Source: Verrucomicrobiota bacterium
Lineage (GTDB): Bacteria > Verrucomicrobiota > Verrucomicrobiia > Limisphaerales > Palsa-1400
DNA length: 64,000 bases
Assembly (NCBI GenBank): GCA_050011995.1
Contig: JBEKIA010000002.1
Span: forward strand, 486 to 64,485
Reading direction: 5' to 3'
Positions 47,453 through 57,062 of the stretch are shown piece after piece. The position numbers and the translations under genes were made by a program. Numbering within the stretch: position 1 is the stretch's first letter; each line of letters opens with the position of its first letter. The notes beneath the pieces were generated by a model, which was not told the DNA's origin, searched no databases, and saw nothing but the letters and a program-made list of their open reading frames with translations.

Positions 47453-47497
47453 AAAAAAACACCGCTTTCCGCGCCGGTCGGCGGAAAGCGGCTTTTG
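47453..47497 (-). terminator. Bidirectional rho-independent terminator (stronger on the minus strand)
   Basis: ccgctttccgc (47462-47472) pairs with gcggaaagcgg (47481-47491), an 11-bp perfect stem. The minus strand reads a T7 run after it (plus-strand aaaaaaa at 47453-47459). The plus strand has tttt at 47493-47496. It lies about 70 nt downstream of the DUF1552 stop. Confidence 0.7.
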
Positions 47498-47527
47498 ACG
47501 CGCCCCTTTTCGGGCGCATCACGCCAA

Positions 47528-47554
47528 CGCCGGCAAAGCATGTCCGGCGTTTTT
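47528..47554 (+). terminator. Plus-strand terminator-like hairpin
   Basis: cgccgg-caaagcatgt-ccggcg followed by ttttt. No plus-strand gene lies upstream within about 2 kb. Confidence 0.4.
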
Positions 47555-47562
47555 GTTCCAAA

Positions 47563-48960
47563 TCAAACCCCTGCCAGGCGGCCGGTGGAATCGCCGTGTC
47601 TTTCGATTCCCTCGACTCCCATCTTGTCCGCCATGCTGAGAAACAGGTTGGTCAGGGGCGTCGGCTCGGTCTTGAGGTAGCGGCCCGTCTGGAGTCTTCC
47701 GCCGGCGGAACCGGCCACCAGAATCGGCAGGTTGACGTGAGTATGGCGGTTGCCATCGGCATTGCCCGACCCGTAAAGGATCATGGAGTTGTGGAGCAAA
47801 GATTGGCCGTCCACGTCCTGGGTCTGATCCATTTTTTCCAGGAATCTTCCGAGTTGCTGCGCATACCACAAATCAATCTGCTTGACCTTGGCGATGATGT
47901 CCGGCTGGTTTCTGTGGTGGGTGAGGTTATGGTGGCCTTCCGAAATCCCGATTTGGGAAAACGGGCGGTTGCTGCCTTCGCCGGCGATCAGGAGGGTGGC
48001 CACGCGGGTGGAATCGGTCTGAAAGGCCAGCAGCAGCATGTCGAACATCAACTGAATATGCTCGGCGAAGTCCGAGGGGATGCCAGGAGGAGTGTCTTGG
48101 GTCGGGTTGGCCACGGCCATGCTCTCGGTCCTCTGGATGCGCTGCTCGATCTCGCGCACGCTGGTCAGATATTGATCCAGCTTCGCCCGGTCGCGTCCGT
48201 TCATGTTTCCCTCCATCGCCATGGCGTCCGTCAGGACATAATCCAGAATGGATTGCTGCTCTTTTTGGCGCCGTTGCAGGTTGGCGGTCCGCTGGTTGGG
48301 AGGGCCGTCGCCGAACAGGCGCTCAAAGACTTGGCGCGGATTGGGATCGGGCATCACCGGCTGGGTGGGCGAGCGCCAGGCCAAATTATACTCGTAGGCG
48401 CAGGAATAGCCCGAATCGCAATCCCCCGCTTTGCGCACCGCGTCGCAGGTCAGTTCCAGGGAAGGAAAGCGCGTCTGGTGGCCGATCCGCTGGGCGATCA
48501 CCTGGTCGAAGGAAACGCCCGCGAAAATGTCCGACCCGGCGGTTTTTTTGATCCGCACTCCGGTGAGGAAAGTGCCGCCCGCGCGAGCATGGTCGCCGCC
48601 GCCGTCCATTCCGGCATTGGCGCTGAGGTCTTCCAAGCCGGAAATGACCTGCACCTCTTTTTTGACTTTTTGCAGCGGCTGCAAGGTGGGCGACAGTTGG
48701 AAATCGGTTCCCCCGTCGCCCTCCGGCCACCACCCCGCCGGGATGATCCCGTTGGGCACGTAGAGAAAGGCCATCCGGACCGGGGCGGCTTTGCCCGCGC
48801 CCCGGACCACCGCATCCGCCGGGCTTGCCAGAAGGCTCAAAGGGGTAAGGGACTCAAAGGCCGGCAGGGCAATGCAAATGCCCAGCCCGCGCAGAAACCG
48901 GCGGCGGCTCAGATTGATGCGGCGTTCGGCGGCGGTGTTTTGATGCTTGGGTATATTCAT
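47563..48960 (-). CDS. DUF1552 domain-containing protein
   Basis: ORF 47563..49209 trimmed to ATG 48960. MNIPKHQNTAAERRINLSRRRFLRGLGICIALPAFESL is the hallmark Tat-like N-terminus of DUF1552 proteins. It is paired with a DUF1592-type gene upstream. Confidence 0.9.
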   Translation of the reverse strand: MNIPKHQNTAAERRINLSRRRFLRGLGICIALPAFESLTPLSLLASPADAVVRGAGKAAPVRMAFLYVPNGIIPAGWWPEGDGGTDFQLSPTLQPLQKVKKEVQVISGLEDLSANAGMDGGGDHARAGGTFLTGVRIKKTAGSDIFAGVSFDQVIAQRIGHQTRFPSLELTCDAVRKAGDCDSGYSCAYEYNLAWRSPTQPVMPDPNPRQVFERLFGDGPPNQRTANLQRRQKEQQSILDYVLTDAMAMEGNMNGRDRAKLDQYLTSVREIEQRIQRTESMAVANPTQDTPPGIPSDFAEHIQLMFDMLLLAFQTDSTRVATLLIAGEGSNRPFSQIGISEGHHNLTHHRNQPDIIAKVKQIDLWYAQQLGRFLEKMDQTQDVDGQSLLHNSMILYGSGNADGNRHTHVNLPILVAGSAGGRLQTGRYLKTEPTPLTNLFLSMADKMGVEGIERHGDSTGRLAGV

Positions 48961-48974
48961 GGTGTGAACTTTGT

Positions 48975-51698
48975 TTAGTTGCTCTCGTTGACAGTAACAC
49001 TTCTGGAAGGTTGGGACGCGTCGGAAAGGGTTGCGTTGGCCTGGCGCCGCTCTTTTTGGAACGGAGCGGACTCGATGATGCCCGTCAATAGCGCGGAAAA
49101 CCGGCCATCCTCCGCCTGCAGCCGCTGGACGATCTGATCCACCGTTTCGGTGTCGTAGTATTCCATGCCGCGGCCCGTGGCGTAAGTGAGCATCTTTTCT
49201 GTCAGGCAACGGTAGAACTCGTCACGATGGTTGGTGGCCAAAATGTGCTTCAACTCGCGGACGTTCTGGAAAGTTTCGCCGCTGATCAAACGGCCCGCCG
49301 CCTCGATCGTCTGGCTGCGTTCCTGGTCGCGCCACAGGCCCAGGGCGTTGAAATTCTCGAAGGCCAGGCCGACCGGGTCCAGGCGCGAGTGGCAGGAAGC
49401 GCACTCAGGCTTGTCGCGGTGCGCTGTCAGTGTCTCGCGCAAAGTCGGCTCATGGTCGTGAAAATCCTTCTCCGCCGCTTCCAGCGCCGGGACGTTGGGC
49501 GGCGGGGGCGGCGGGGCGGCGCCCAAAATGTTGTTGAGGACAAACAGGCCGCGCTTCACCGGCGAGGTTCGATCCGGGTTGGAGGTGACCACCAGCACGG
49601 TGCCCTCCGTCAGCACTCCGCCCCGCGGGCTGTCCGGCGGCAGGGTGACGCGGCGCATCTCGGTCCCGGTCACACCCAGGTTGGTCAGCCCGTAAGCGGC
49701 GGCCAGTTTCTGGTTGAGGAATGTGTAGTCGCTCTCAATCAACTCCAGGATGCTGCGGTCTTCATGGACGATGGTGGAAAAGACCATCTCCGTCTCGCGC
49801 TCCATGTCGTGCCGCAGCTCCGCGTTCAGCTCAATGGGAGGCTTGGCGAATCTTCCGTTGACATTGTTGGGGTTGAGGTTAGCGGGCTTTGGGGCAGCTT
49901 GGGCCAACTGGGCGGGTTTCCCCGGAGCATTGGTCGGCGCGGACAACCCGGCTTGCGCCAAAAGAGCGTTCGTGACCGACGAATTAGTCGGGCGCGCTTG
50001 CGGGGCCGGCTCCGGTTTGTTCAGGCCAAAGCTGGCGATCAGCGCCTTCAATTGCTTCTCCTCGCCCTTGTCTCTGGCAAGAACCGCCCGCGCGTCAATG
50101 GTGATGCCTTCCACGTCGCGCGCCTGCAGCCATTGGCCGGTAAAATTATCCACCATCGCTTCGGAACGCGAGTCCGCCAGCATGCGCTTGACCTGGGCCG
50201 GCAGGTTCTTGCGCAATTCTCCCTTCGCGGCCAGAGCGAACAACTCCTCGTCCGGCATGGAAGACCACAGGAAGTAGGACAACCGCGAAGCCAGCGAGTA
50301 TTCATCCACCAACGGGTAGGCTTCGCTCGATGAAGCCGGTTCGGCTTCCTCCGTTTGGAACAGAAACCGCGGCGAAGACAGCACCGCCACCATGGCGTGC
50401 CCCACGCCCGCCTGGAGAGTCTTGCCCGGCTGATCGTAAACGCCCTGGGCCAGCGCCACCAAACGATCCAGCGTCTGGTCATCCACCGGACGCCGGAAGG
50501 CTTTCTGCGCGAAGCGGGCCAGGACTTCCCGCGCGTATTGCCGGCGGCCGGAATCGTCTTGGGGCGCATCCCCGGCAAAGAACCGGTCGTAATTCTTTGG
50601 CCGGCTCCAATACTTTTCCTCCATCGGCCCTTGAATGGCCAGGGAGTCAATCCGCAATTCCACGGAGTTGATCTTCTGGTCCTCCGGCGTCAGAGGTTGC
50701 AGCTCAAAGCTCATCTGATGCGCGCCCGGCTGCCATTTCTCCTCGAATTGAAAAGGTGGAAACGTCTTATTGTCCTCCCAGGCAAATTCCTTGTTCAGCA
50801 ATTCCCGCCCATCCACCTTGAAAATGGCGCGGCACTTGCCTGGATCGAACTCAAAACTGGCGCGGACCGACAACTCCAAAGCCAACTGGTAAGTCCCGTC
50901 GTTCTCCGCGTTGAAAGAGGCGGCGACCTCCGCCGGCTGGTAATAGGACAAACTCAGCAGGGTGTCGCGCTGGTTCCCGCCCCGATTGCCGGCCCGGGCG
51001 CCCTGGCCTCGCCGGCCACCCCGGTCGGCGTTGTCCGCATTGGTCCCAACCGGGCGGAACCGGCTGCCGGCCAGCGTGGTTTGCGGGATCACCCGCGAAA
51101 CCTTCGGCACGGCTTCCTCCACAATGGCGGTGGCCGCGATCATGTATTTTTCCAGCAGCATGGGCGACAACGTGAGAACATCGCCGATATTGTCAAACCC
51201 GTAACCCGTGTCGTCCGGCGGAAATTCCTCATCGGTGTTGTAATCCACCCCCATCAAATCTCGTATGGTATTGTGGTACTCCACCCGGTTCAGCCGGCGC
51301 AGCGTCACCCGGCCCGGATCGGGATTCTTGGGATCAATTCCGAACGCCTCGTACTTGACCCAATCCTCCAGGACCTTTCGATCCGCGGCGCCGGGATGCG
51401 GCGCTTTCTGCGGCGGCATGATGCCGGTGCGCAGGTTTTTCATGACCTTGCTCCACAGGTCGTGGTTGAGGATCTCGTCGCCGGATTTCAACCCGTCAAA
51501 GGCCACGCCGCCATTGCTCATCCCGTCGCCGTGACACTCGTAACAATACTGCTCCAAGATGGGTTGGACGCTCTGGTGAAATTGCGCCACTCCCGCCGGT
51601 TCCGCGGCGCCCGCGCGCGGGTTTTGCGACGCGAAAATCATCGCTCCCGCCAGCCAGGGCCAAAGGGCCAGACGGCTTATGGGTTTTCTTTGCTTCAC
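48975..51698 (-). CDS. DUF1592/DUF1588/DUF1587/DUF1585/DUF1595-type protein with cytochrome-c-like CxxCH motifs
   Basis: CYECHG near the N-terminus and CASCH near the C-terminus. This large multi-DUF architecture is typical of Planctomycetota/Verrucomicrobiota. GTG 51698 gives the signal peptide KQRKPISRLALWPWLAGAMIFAS. Alternative starts are ATG 51782 and ATG 51833. Confidence 0.88.
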   Translation of the reverse strand: MKQRKPISRLALWPWLAGAMIFASQNPRAGAAEPAGVAQFHQSVQPILEQYCYECHGDGMSNGGVAFDGLKSGDEILNHDLWSKVMKNLRTGIMPPQKAPHPGAADRKVLEDWVKYEAFGIDPKNPDPGRVTLRRLNRVEYHNTIRDLMGVDYNTDEEFPPDDTGYGFDNIGDVLTLSPMLLEKYMIAATAIVEEAVPKVSRVIPQTTLAGSRFRPVGTNADNADRGGRRGQGARAGNRGGNQRDTLLSLSYYQPAEVAASFNAENDGTYQLALELSVRASFEFDPGKCRAIFKVDGRELLNKEFAWEDNKTFPPFQFEEKWQPGAHQMSFELQPLTPEDQKINSVELRIDSLAIQGPMEEKYWSRPKNYDRFFAGDAPQDDSGRRQYAREVLARFAQKAFRRPVDDQTLDRLVALAQGVYDQPGKTLQAGVGHAMVAVLSSPRFLFQTEEAEPASSSEAYPLVDEYSLASRLSYFLWSSMPDEELFALAAKGELRKNLPAQVKRMLADSRSEAMVDNFTGQWLQARDVEGITIDARAVLARDKGEEKQLKALIASFGLNKPEPAPQARPTNSSVTNALLAQAGLSAPTNAPGKPAQLAQAAPKPANLNPNNVNGRFAKPPIELNAELRHDMERETEMVFSTIVHEDRSILELIESDYTFLNQKLAAAYGLTNLGVTGTEMRRVTLPPDSPRGGVLTEGTVLVVTSNPDRTSPVKRGLFVLNNILGAAPPPPPPNVPALEAAEKDFHDHEPTLRETLTAHRDKPECASCHSRLDPVGLAFENFNALGLWRDQERSQTIEAAGRLISGETFQNVRELKHILATNHRDEFYRCLTEKMLTYATGRGMEYYDTETVDQIVQRLQAEDGRFSALLTGIIESAPFQKERRQANATLSDASQPSRSVTVNESN

Positions 51699-51971
51699 GT
51701 AAAACAAGTTATGAGTTATTTGTAAAAAGCTTCTTTTGCCGTTTTTTGCTCCTCCAGGAGCAAACCGCTCCAGGGGGTTCATTTTCTCGAAATATAGCCG
51801 TTCACCAGAATTAGTCAAGCGCCTTTTTGACATTTCTTGAGCTTATCTGGCCCTTTTTTGCTCAAGCCGCAAACGGCGCAAGACATCCATTGCTCTTTGG
51901 ATGGCAGTTTTTGTGGCAGAAAGCAATCCGGTGATGAGGGGCGCGGCGCATTGATTACAATTGTTGTAACC

Positions 51972-52010
51972 TCGGCGCTGTGCGCCGATGTCGAGCCACA
52001 GGCTCGATTC
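51972..52010. repeat. Dispersed hairpin element, family C (copy 3, inverted)
   Basis: tcggcgctgtgcgccgatgtcgagccacaggctcgattc is the reverse complement of the C2-type sequence, with few mismatches. It abuts the AT-rich integrase promoter region. Confidence 0.85.
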
Positions 52011-52104
52011 ACCATTCTTAGGACATTGATTTACAGATATTTGCGATTTTCTGAAAGATTTTTCTTGAGCTTTCCATTCTTACTTTTATTCTTACCGTCA
52101 ATTT

Positions 52105-53262
52105 ATGGCAAGTGTCACCAAACATCCGAAATCGCGGTTCTGGACGGCCTGCTTCTCCGGCCGCGACGGCCGACAGATGAAACGGTCGGCCAAGACCACC
52201 GACCGCAACGCCGCGCTCGAAATCGCCTTGGAACTGGAGCGGGTGGAGCGGCAGGCCAAGGCGGGCGCACTCACCACCAATCAACTGCGCAAGGTTCTAA
52301 ACGATGTTTCGGAAAAGGTCAACGGCGATACGCTCGCGACGCCTCCGGTCGAGGAATATCTCACAGATTGGCTCAAAAGCATCGCCGCCCGCAATTCGCC
52401 CTCAACGCACGAGCGATACCGCCACACGGTCGAACTCTTTGTGGCGCGGCTCGACGGCAGAGCCAAGAAGCCCATCACCTCGGTCATGCCAAAGGACATC
52501 GAGGATTTCCTGACATGGCGGCTGAATACCGGCGTTGCGCCCAAGACCGCCATCGTGGATTTGAAGACCTTGAACACCGCCTTTCGCCGCGCGGAAGTGT
52601 TCGGAACGATATTGAAGAATCCGGTCGCGGCCATCCGTCCGCCGAAATTGGAATCCTCGGAGCGGGAAGTCTTCACGCCGGAAGAGGTGAAGAGGCTCTT
52701 GGATGCCGCGCCGTCTTTGGAATGGCAGACGCTGATTCTCATGGGGTATTTCACAGGAGCCCGCTTGGGCGACTGCGTGTCCCTCAAGTGGGAGAACGTC
52801 AACCCGGAGCACGGAGCCATCATATACAGCCAGCAGAAAACGGGCAAGAAAGTCATCGTGCCCATGCACTTCCATGTGATCGAGCATGTGAAGTATCTCT
52901 CCACCTTCGGCACCAAGGGGTATCTCTGCCCGAAATTGGCCGCTATGGGTTCGGGCGGCAAGCAGGGGCTTTCCCAAGGATTCATGCGCATACTGAAGAC
53001 GGCGGGCATTGACCCCATGACCGTCGAGGGCAAGGGCGTGCGGAAGTTCGCCAAGCGCTCGTTCCATTCCCTGCGGCACAGTTTCAACTCAGCGCTGGCC
53101 AACGCCGGCGTGGCGGAGGAGATCCGCATGAAGCTGACCGGCCATTCCTCCAAGGCCATGAACGACCGCTATACGCATCTCCAAGTAGCCGCGCTCAAGA
53201 ACGCCGTGACCGCGCTGCCGCTTTTTAGCGCGGAGAGGGAGGGCCAGCCGCGCGGGGCTTAA
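52105..53262 (+). CDS. Tyrosine-type site-specific integrase
   Basis: N-terminal SAM-like domain. Catalytic residues in GARLGDC (Arg), HSLRHSF (H-x-x-R) and GHSSKAMNDRYTH (His...Tyr). Confidence 0.93.
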   Translation: MASVTKHPKSRFWTACFSGRDGRQMKRSAKTTDRNAALEIALELERVERQAKAGALTTNQLRKVLNDVSEKVNGDTLATPPVEEYLTDWLKSIAARNSPSTHERYRHTVELFVARLDGRAKKPITSVMPKDIEDFLTWRLNTGVAPKTAIVDLKTLNTAFRRAEVFGTILKNPVAAIRPPKLESSEREVFTPEEVKRLLDAAPSLEWQTLILMGYFTGARLGDCVSLKWENVNPEHGAIIYSQQKTGKKVIVPMHFHVIEHVKYLSTFGTKGYLCPKLAAMGSGGKQGLSQGFMRILKTAGIDPMTVEGKGVRKFAKRSFHSLRHSFNSALANAGVAEEIRMKLTGHSSKAMNDRYTHLQVAALKNAVTALPLFSAEREGQPRGA

Positions 53263-56200
53263 CGCTGCATGGCCTGCCGGAGTTCCGCAAGCATCCGCTC
53301 GGCCCGCTCTTTGATCTCTCTTTCCGAGAGCGGTTCGGAATTCATCTTCCGTTTTCGCGGCTTGCCCCGTTCCAGCGCCCCGCCTTCGGGGTCTGCCGCC
53401 GCCCAATCGAACAGTTTCGAAATGAACTCGTCGAGGGCGTAAAAGCCAACCTTGGCGGTCTGAGCGTTCGGTTTCATCTCGGCGTACCGCTCCCGAATTT
53501 TCGCCAGCTTCCGCCGGTCCGCGCACACGGCGGCAACGTGCCCGAAGCCGGCGTTCACGCACTTGGTAATGTTCGTCGCGGCCTCGTATTCAACCGTGTT
53601 GGTCACGGAAATCTCGCAGGCAATCGTCCGCGTTCCCCGGCGCAGCACAAGATCAATTCTCTTCTTACTCCCCGCCACGAATTCCTCGGGCTTGACGGTG
53701 TAATCCAGAACCTCGGCCTCGGCGGTGATCCTTTTCTTGATCGCGTCGTGCTGGGTGTCCTCCGGGGCGGGCATGGTGTCTGCTCCCGGAGACGAGGCGG
53801 CCGGCTGCCGGGCTTCGTCGCTTGTCTTCGGGACTTCGGCGGCGCTCGCTCTGGAAGTTTCTACTGGCGGCGGGGCGGAGACGGCCGCCGGCACTGGTGG
53901 CGGTTTCGGAACCTGGGCTTCTCCACAGACGGTCTCGGTTTTCGCCGGCTTCGGACTTTGCCGCCCGTTCTCCAACGTTCGACTCAACAGAGCCTCCACC
54001 TCTGCCCTCGGCGTGCCATACGCTTTCCTCGAAGCCGTGATGATCTCCGCCCGCCGCCTGGCCGCCTCTGTTTCGTCGGCTTTTTCGGGCAAGGGCACGC
54101 TGAGGTTGAAGTCGCAATCGCTCCCTTCGACGCGGCAGACCGCCTGGCCCTTCCCCAGGTTCTGCAAGTCCCGTGCCTCGAAGAAGGCGAAGCCTTCGGC
54201 GAGCCTGTTGGCGTCGTTGTCGCCGACATGGAACACGATCCGCGTGGCGGGATGGGACAGGACCGCGCTTGCCACGTCGGGGCTTTGCTCCAACTGGTGC
54301 AAATCGTGATGCGCCAGGGTGAGGCCAAGACGATACTTGCGAGTGCCTGACAAGATCTGGGCCATGCTGGGCGTGATGAAATGGTCGAATTCGTCAATAT
54401 AGAGCCAGAAGTCCCGGCGGAGGGACATGGCTTGCGCCTGGCGGCTCATGGCCAGTTGCTGGAATTTCGACACGAGGAGGGTGCCCAACAGGTAGGCGTC
54501 TTCAACCCCCATGAGTCCGACGGGCAGTTTGGCCAGAAAGATTTTGCCGGTGTCCATGATCTCCCCGAAATTGAGCCGGTTTTCGGGCTGTGAGACCATT
54601 AAGCGCATGGGCTTCTCGCTCAGGAACGTCTGCAAGCGCGTGAGGACGGGACCCACCGATCTCGTGCCGGTCAACTGGGGAAAGACCTTTTGCCAGTAAT
54701 AGACCACCTCCGGTTCGCGGACCGTGGCCAGGAACTCGCTGCGGAAGGCGGGTTCGGTGAGGAAGCGGCGCAAGTCGGAGAGGGTGCCGCCCGCGCTGCT
54801 TTCCAAGAATGCGAGTATGGCGTTGCGCAACACCATGTCCATCTGATCTCCCCAGGACGCGCTCAAACGCCGGAACATGGAAACGAGATCGGATGCCAAC
54901 AGAGTTTTTTCAACGTCGGAATGCGCGGAAAGGATATTGAAGCCGATGGAAAAATCCGTGTCAGAGGGATTGACCAAAATCACGTCATTCACGCGCGAGT
55001 CGGGGATGATCCCCAAAATCCGGTCAATCAAGTCGCCGGAGGGATCAAGCACGCCCACGCCCTGGCCGTTTTCAATATCTTGCCGGATGAGGTTGAATAG
55101 CAGCGTAGATTTGCCGGTGCCGGTGGCCCCGATCACATGCGTGTGCCGCACGCGCTGCTCGGTGGTGAGTCTCACGGGGATGGTCTCTCCCAGGTGGACA
55201 TTGTTGCCGAGCAGGAGTCCTGTGGCATTTCGGACACTTCCCGGCACCGCCTTCGTTCTCGCCGTGTCGCGTTCCAATGCCGATGAGCGCACGGCGCTTC
55301 CCGGCAGATGGACGAAGCCGATCAATTCGTCGCTGTTCAAAATCATCCCGGAACGCCGGGACTGGCGGCGAAGCACGTCTTCGACGTGGTCGTTGAAGGG
55401 GTATGTTTCGTTATCAAGCGGGATGAGTTCGTTGCCCTGGGGATCGGCGAACACCCGCAGTGAGCCAGCCATGTCGCGGGCAATCCGCAATGCGCCTTCA
55501 AAGGATTCGCTCTTGACGGCAATCCGCACGACCGCCGCATACAGAGGCCGCGCCACCTTGTGTTCCGCCGCCGCCGCCAACTCCGGCATATTGACGAAAA
55601 ACGGCTTGCCGTCCTCATGGGTGACTGAGCGCACGATGCTTTCCGGCCAGTCCTGCTCCACGGATTCAAAGAGGACCTGAAACAGGGCCAACTCCCCCGG
55701 CTCCAATTCGGAGAACGCTCCGACGATGCCGATGAAGGGATCAAGCGCGCCACACTCAAGAGGAAACATGAACTCGCGGGCCAAGCCGAATTCGGCCACC
55801 AGGATTTCCTTGCCCTCGCACGTCTCCCATGCGGCGGAAAGCGCGCCTTCGCGCGGCTGGAATGTGGCTTCGGGAAAATACGCCTGCAACTGCCGGCGCA
55901 CGATGGGGGCGTCATTCGGGTGCGCGGCGAACTGGACATTGACCCGCCCTGGGGTGCCGAGCATCTCAAAGGCGACCGGTTCGCGGCAGAAGGACAGATT
56001 TCGCAAGAATTGGTCAAAGGCGTCTTTGCCGATGTCGAGCTTGGCGGGCAGGGAAGTTTGAAGCTCGACGAGCGGTTCCCGTATCAAAGTATGCGGTTCG
56101 GGTTCCTGCTCCTCGGTCGGCGGCGCGGCAGGTTCCGAGGGCGTGGTTGAAAGCTTGCGGCTGAGTTTATCCACAAATGAACTCAAAAATGTCGGCTTGC

Positions 56201-56357
56201 GCCCGTCGTCCGCAATGGGCGTGTCGGGCAAATAGTGGCCGAAAAAAGGGCGGAACGGCGGTTCCGGGCTGACCGGCTCGTCAAACACCTGCCAGCCGCG
56301 CCCGCGCAATTCCCACCTGCGGAACTGTTCGCTCAACTGTTCATGGACTGTGGGCAT
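53259..56357 (-). CDS. Large P-loop ATPase of the TraD/VirD4 (T4CP)/FtsK-HerA type with unknown N-domain and C-terminal nuclease-like domain
   Basis: Walker A HVIGATGTGKSTLLFN, Walker B FWLYIDEFDHF, TraG-D_C-like SGTRKYRLGLTLAHHDLHQL. The ~370-aa N-domain begins ..WELRGRGWQVFDEPVSPEPPFRPFFGHY. The C-terminal ~130 aa include KRIDLVLRRGTRTIACEISVTN (PD-(D/E)xK-like; inference only). Confidence 0.85.
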   Translation of the reverse strand: MPTVHEQLSEQFRRWELRGRGWQVFDEPVSPEPPFRPFFGHYLPDTPIADDGRKPTFLSSFVDKLSRKLSTTPSEPAAPPTEEQEPEPHTLIREPLVELQTSLPAKLDIGKDAFDQFLRNLSFCREPVAFEMLGTPGRVNVQFAAHPNDAPIVRRQLQAYFPEATFQPREGALSAAWETCEGKEILVAEFGLAREFMFPLECGALDPFIGIVGAFSELEPGELALFQVLFESVEQDWPESIVRSVTHEDGKPFFVNMPELAAAAEHKVARPLYAAVVRIAVKSESFEGALRIARDMAGSLRVFADPQGNELIPLDNETYPFNDHVEDVLRRQSRRSGMILNSDELIGFVHLPGSAVRSSALERDTARTKAVPGSVRNATGLLLGNNVHLGETIPVRLTTEQRVRHTHVIGATGTGKSTLLFNLIRQDIENGQGVGVLDPSGDLIDRILGIIPDSRVNDVILVNPSDTDFSIGFNILSAHSDVEKTLLASDLVSMFRRLSASWGDQMDMVLRNAILAFLESSAGGTLSDLRRFLTEPAFRSEFLATVREPEVVYYWQKVFPQLTGTRSVGPVLTRLQTFLSEKPMRLMVSQPENRLNFGEIMDTGKIFLAKLPVGLMGVEDAYLLGTLLVSKFQQLAMSRQAQAMSLRRDFWLYIDEFDHFITPSMAQILSGTRKYRLGLTLAHHDLHQLEQSPDVASAVLSHPATRIVFHVGDNDANRLAEGFAFFEARDLQNLGKGQAVCRVEGSDCDFNLSVPLPEKADETEAARRRAEIITASRKAYGTPRAEVEALLSRTLENGRQSPKPAKTETVCGEAQVPKPPPVPAAVSAPPPVETSRASAAEVPKTSDEARQPAASSPGADTMPAPEDTQHDAIKKRITAEAEVLDYTVKPEEFVAGSKKRIDLVLRRGTRTIACEISVTNTVEYEAATNITKCVNAGFGHVAAVCADRRKLAKIRERYAEMKPNAQTAKVGFYALDEFISKLFDWAAADPEGGALERGKPRKRKMNSEPLSEREIKERAERMLAELRQAMQR

Positions 56358-56363
56358 GGGAAG

Positions 56364-57062
56364 TTACTTCTCTGGTTGGGCCGCCGGTTTCTTCCCCGAC
56401 AAGTCGGATTGAACGGGCGCTGGCTCCTGCTGCGCCGAGAGTTTGACGCCATGGGCCGCGATGCGTTCCTCGTAGATTCTCTTGACCACAACCGGCACGG
56501 TATCGAGATACATGACCCTGGTGTCCTGGCGATAATAGGTGTCCTTGCGGAACAGGATTTCGTAGATCGCGCCGATGCCGGGCTGCTTCACGAGCCAGGC
56601 GTCAAGGTCAGCAAGGCCGATTGACACGGCATTCCGCAGAATGGACGTGGCGACGGCCAATAATACCAGCAGGGCCAATATGCCGAAAAACCACCCCCAG
56701 ACATGAACAAACAGCCAGAAAATCAGCGCCACAACGAACAGGATCGCCAAAACGGCGTCCGGGCTGACGACCAGGGGCAGTTCGGCGAACCTACAGGAAA
56801 AGAAAAAGCTGGTGCCAAACGGGGCAGCGCAAATGTCGAACACCAGGCGTTCCCGGGTTAGGCGCAGGTATTCCCGCTTGGCGGAGAGCAGCCCGCCTTC
56901 GGCAAATTCGACGCGGGCGGCGTCCAGGCCCGGCACTTTCCGCTCCTCGAGCGACTTTTGGACGGCTGCGTAGAAGTCCTGCGGCGATGTCTGAAAGTTC
57001 TCCACGAGCTCGTGCCAGTAATGCAGTACTTCCGCTGTTTTCGGCTTTGCTTGACCAAACAT
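56364..57062 (-). CDS. Two-TM membrane protein, function unknown, coupled to the ATPase gene
   Basis: ORF trimmed to ATG 57062 (MFGQAKPKTAEVLHYWHELVENF). Soluble N-domain with VFDICAAPFGTSFFFSCRF, then two hydrophobic helices (AILFVVALIFWLFVHVWGWFFGILALLVLLAVA). Its stop is 6 nt before the ATPase ATG. Confidence 0.75.
   Translation of the reverse strand: MFGQAKPKTAEVLHYWHELVENFQTSPQDFYAAVQKSLEERKVPGLDAARVEFAEGGLLSAKREYLRLTRERLVFDICAAPFGTSFFFSCRFAELPLVVSPDAVLAILFVVALIFWLFVHVWGWFFGILALLVLLAVATSILRNAVSIGLADLDAWLVKQPGIGAIYEILFRKDTYYRQDTRVMYLDTVPVVVKRIYEERIAAHGVKLSAQQEPAPVQSDLSGKKPAAQPEK

Noticed and set aside
51840-52104. Search for a tRNA/tmRNA integration target next to the integrase.
   Set aside because: No cloverleaf or T-loop (GGTTCGAATCC-like) sequence was found by eye here or anywhere else in the window. 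Only the family-C hairpin repeat is present. This needs tRNAscan-SE to be definitive.
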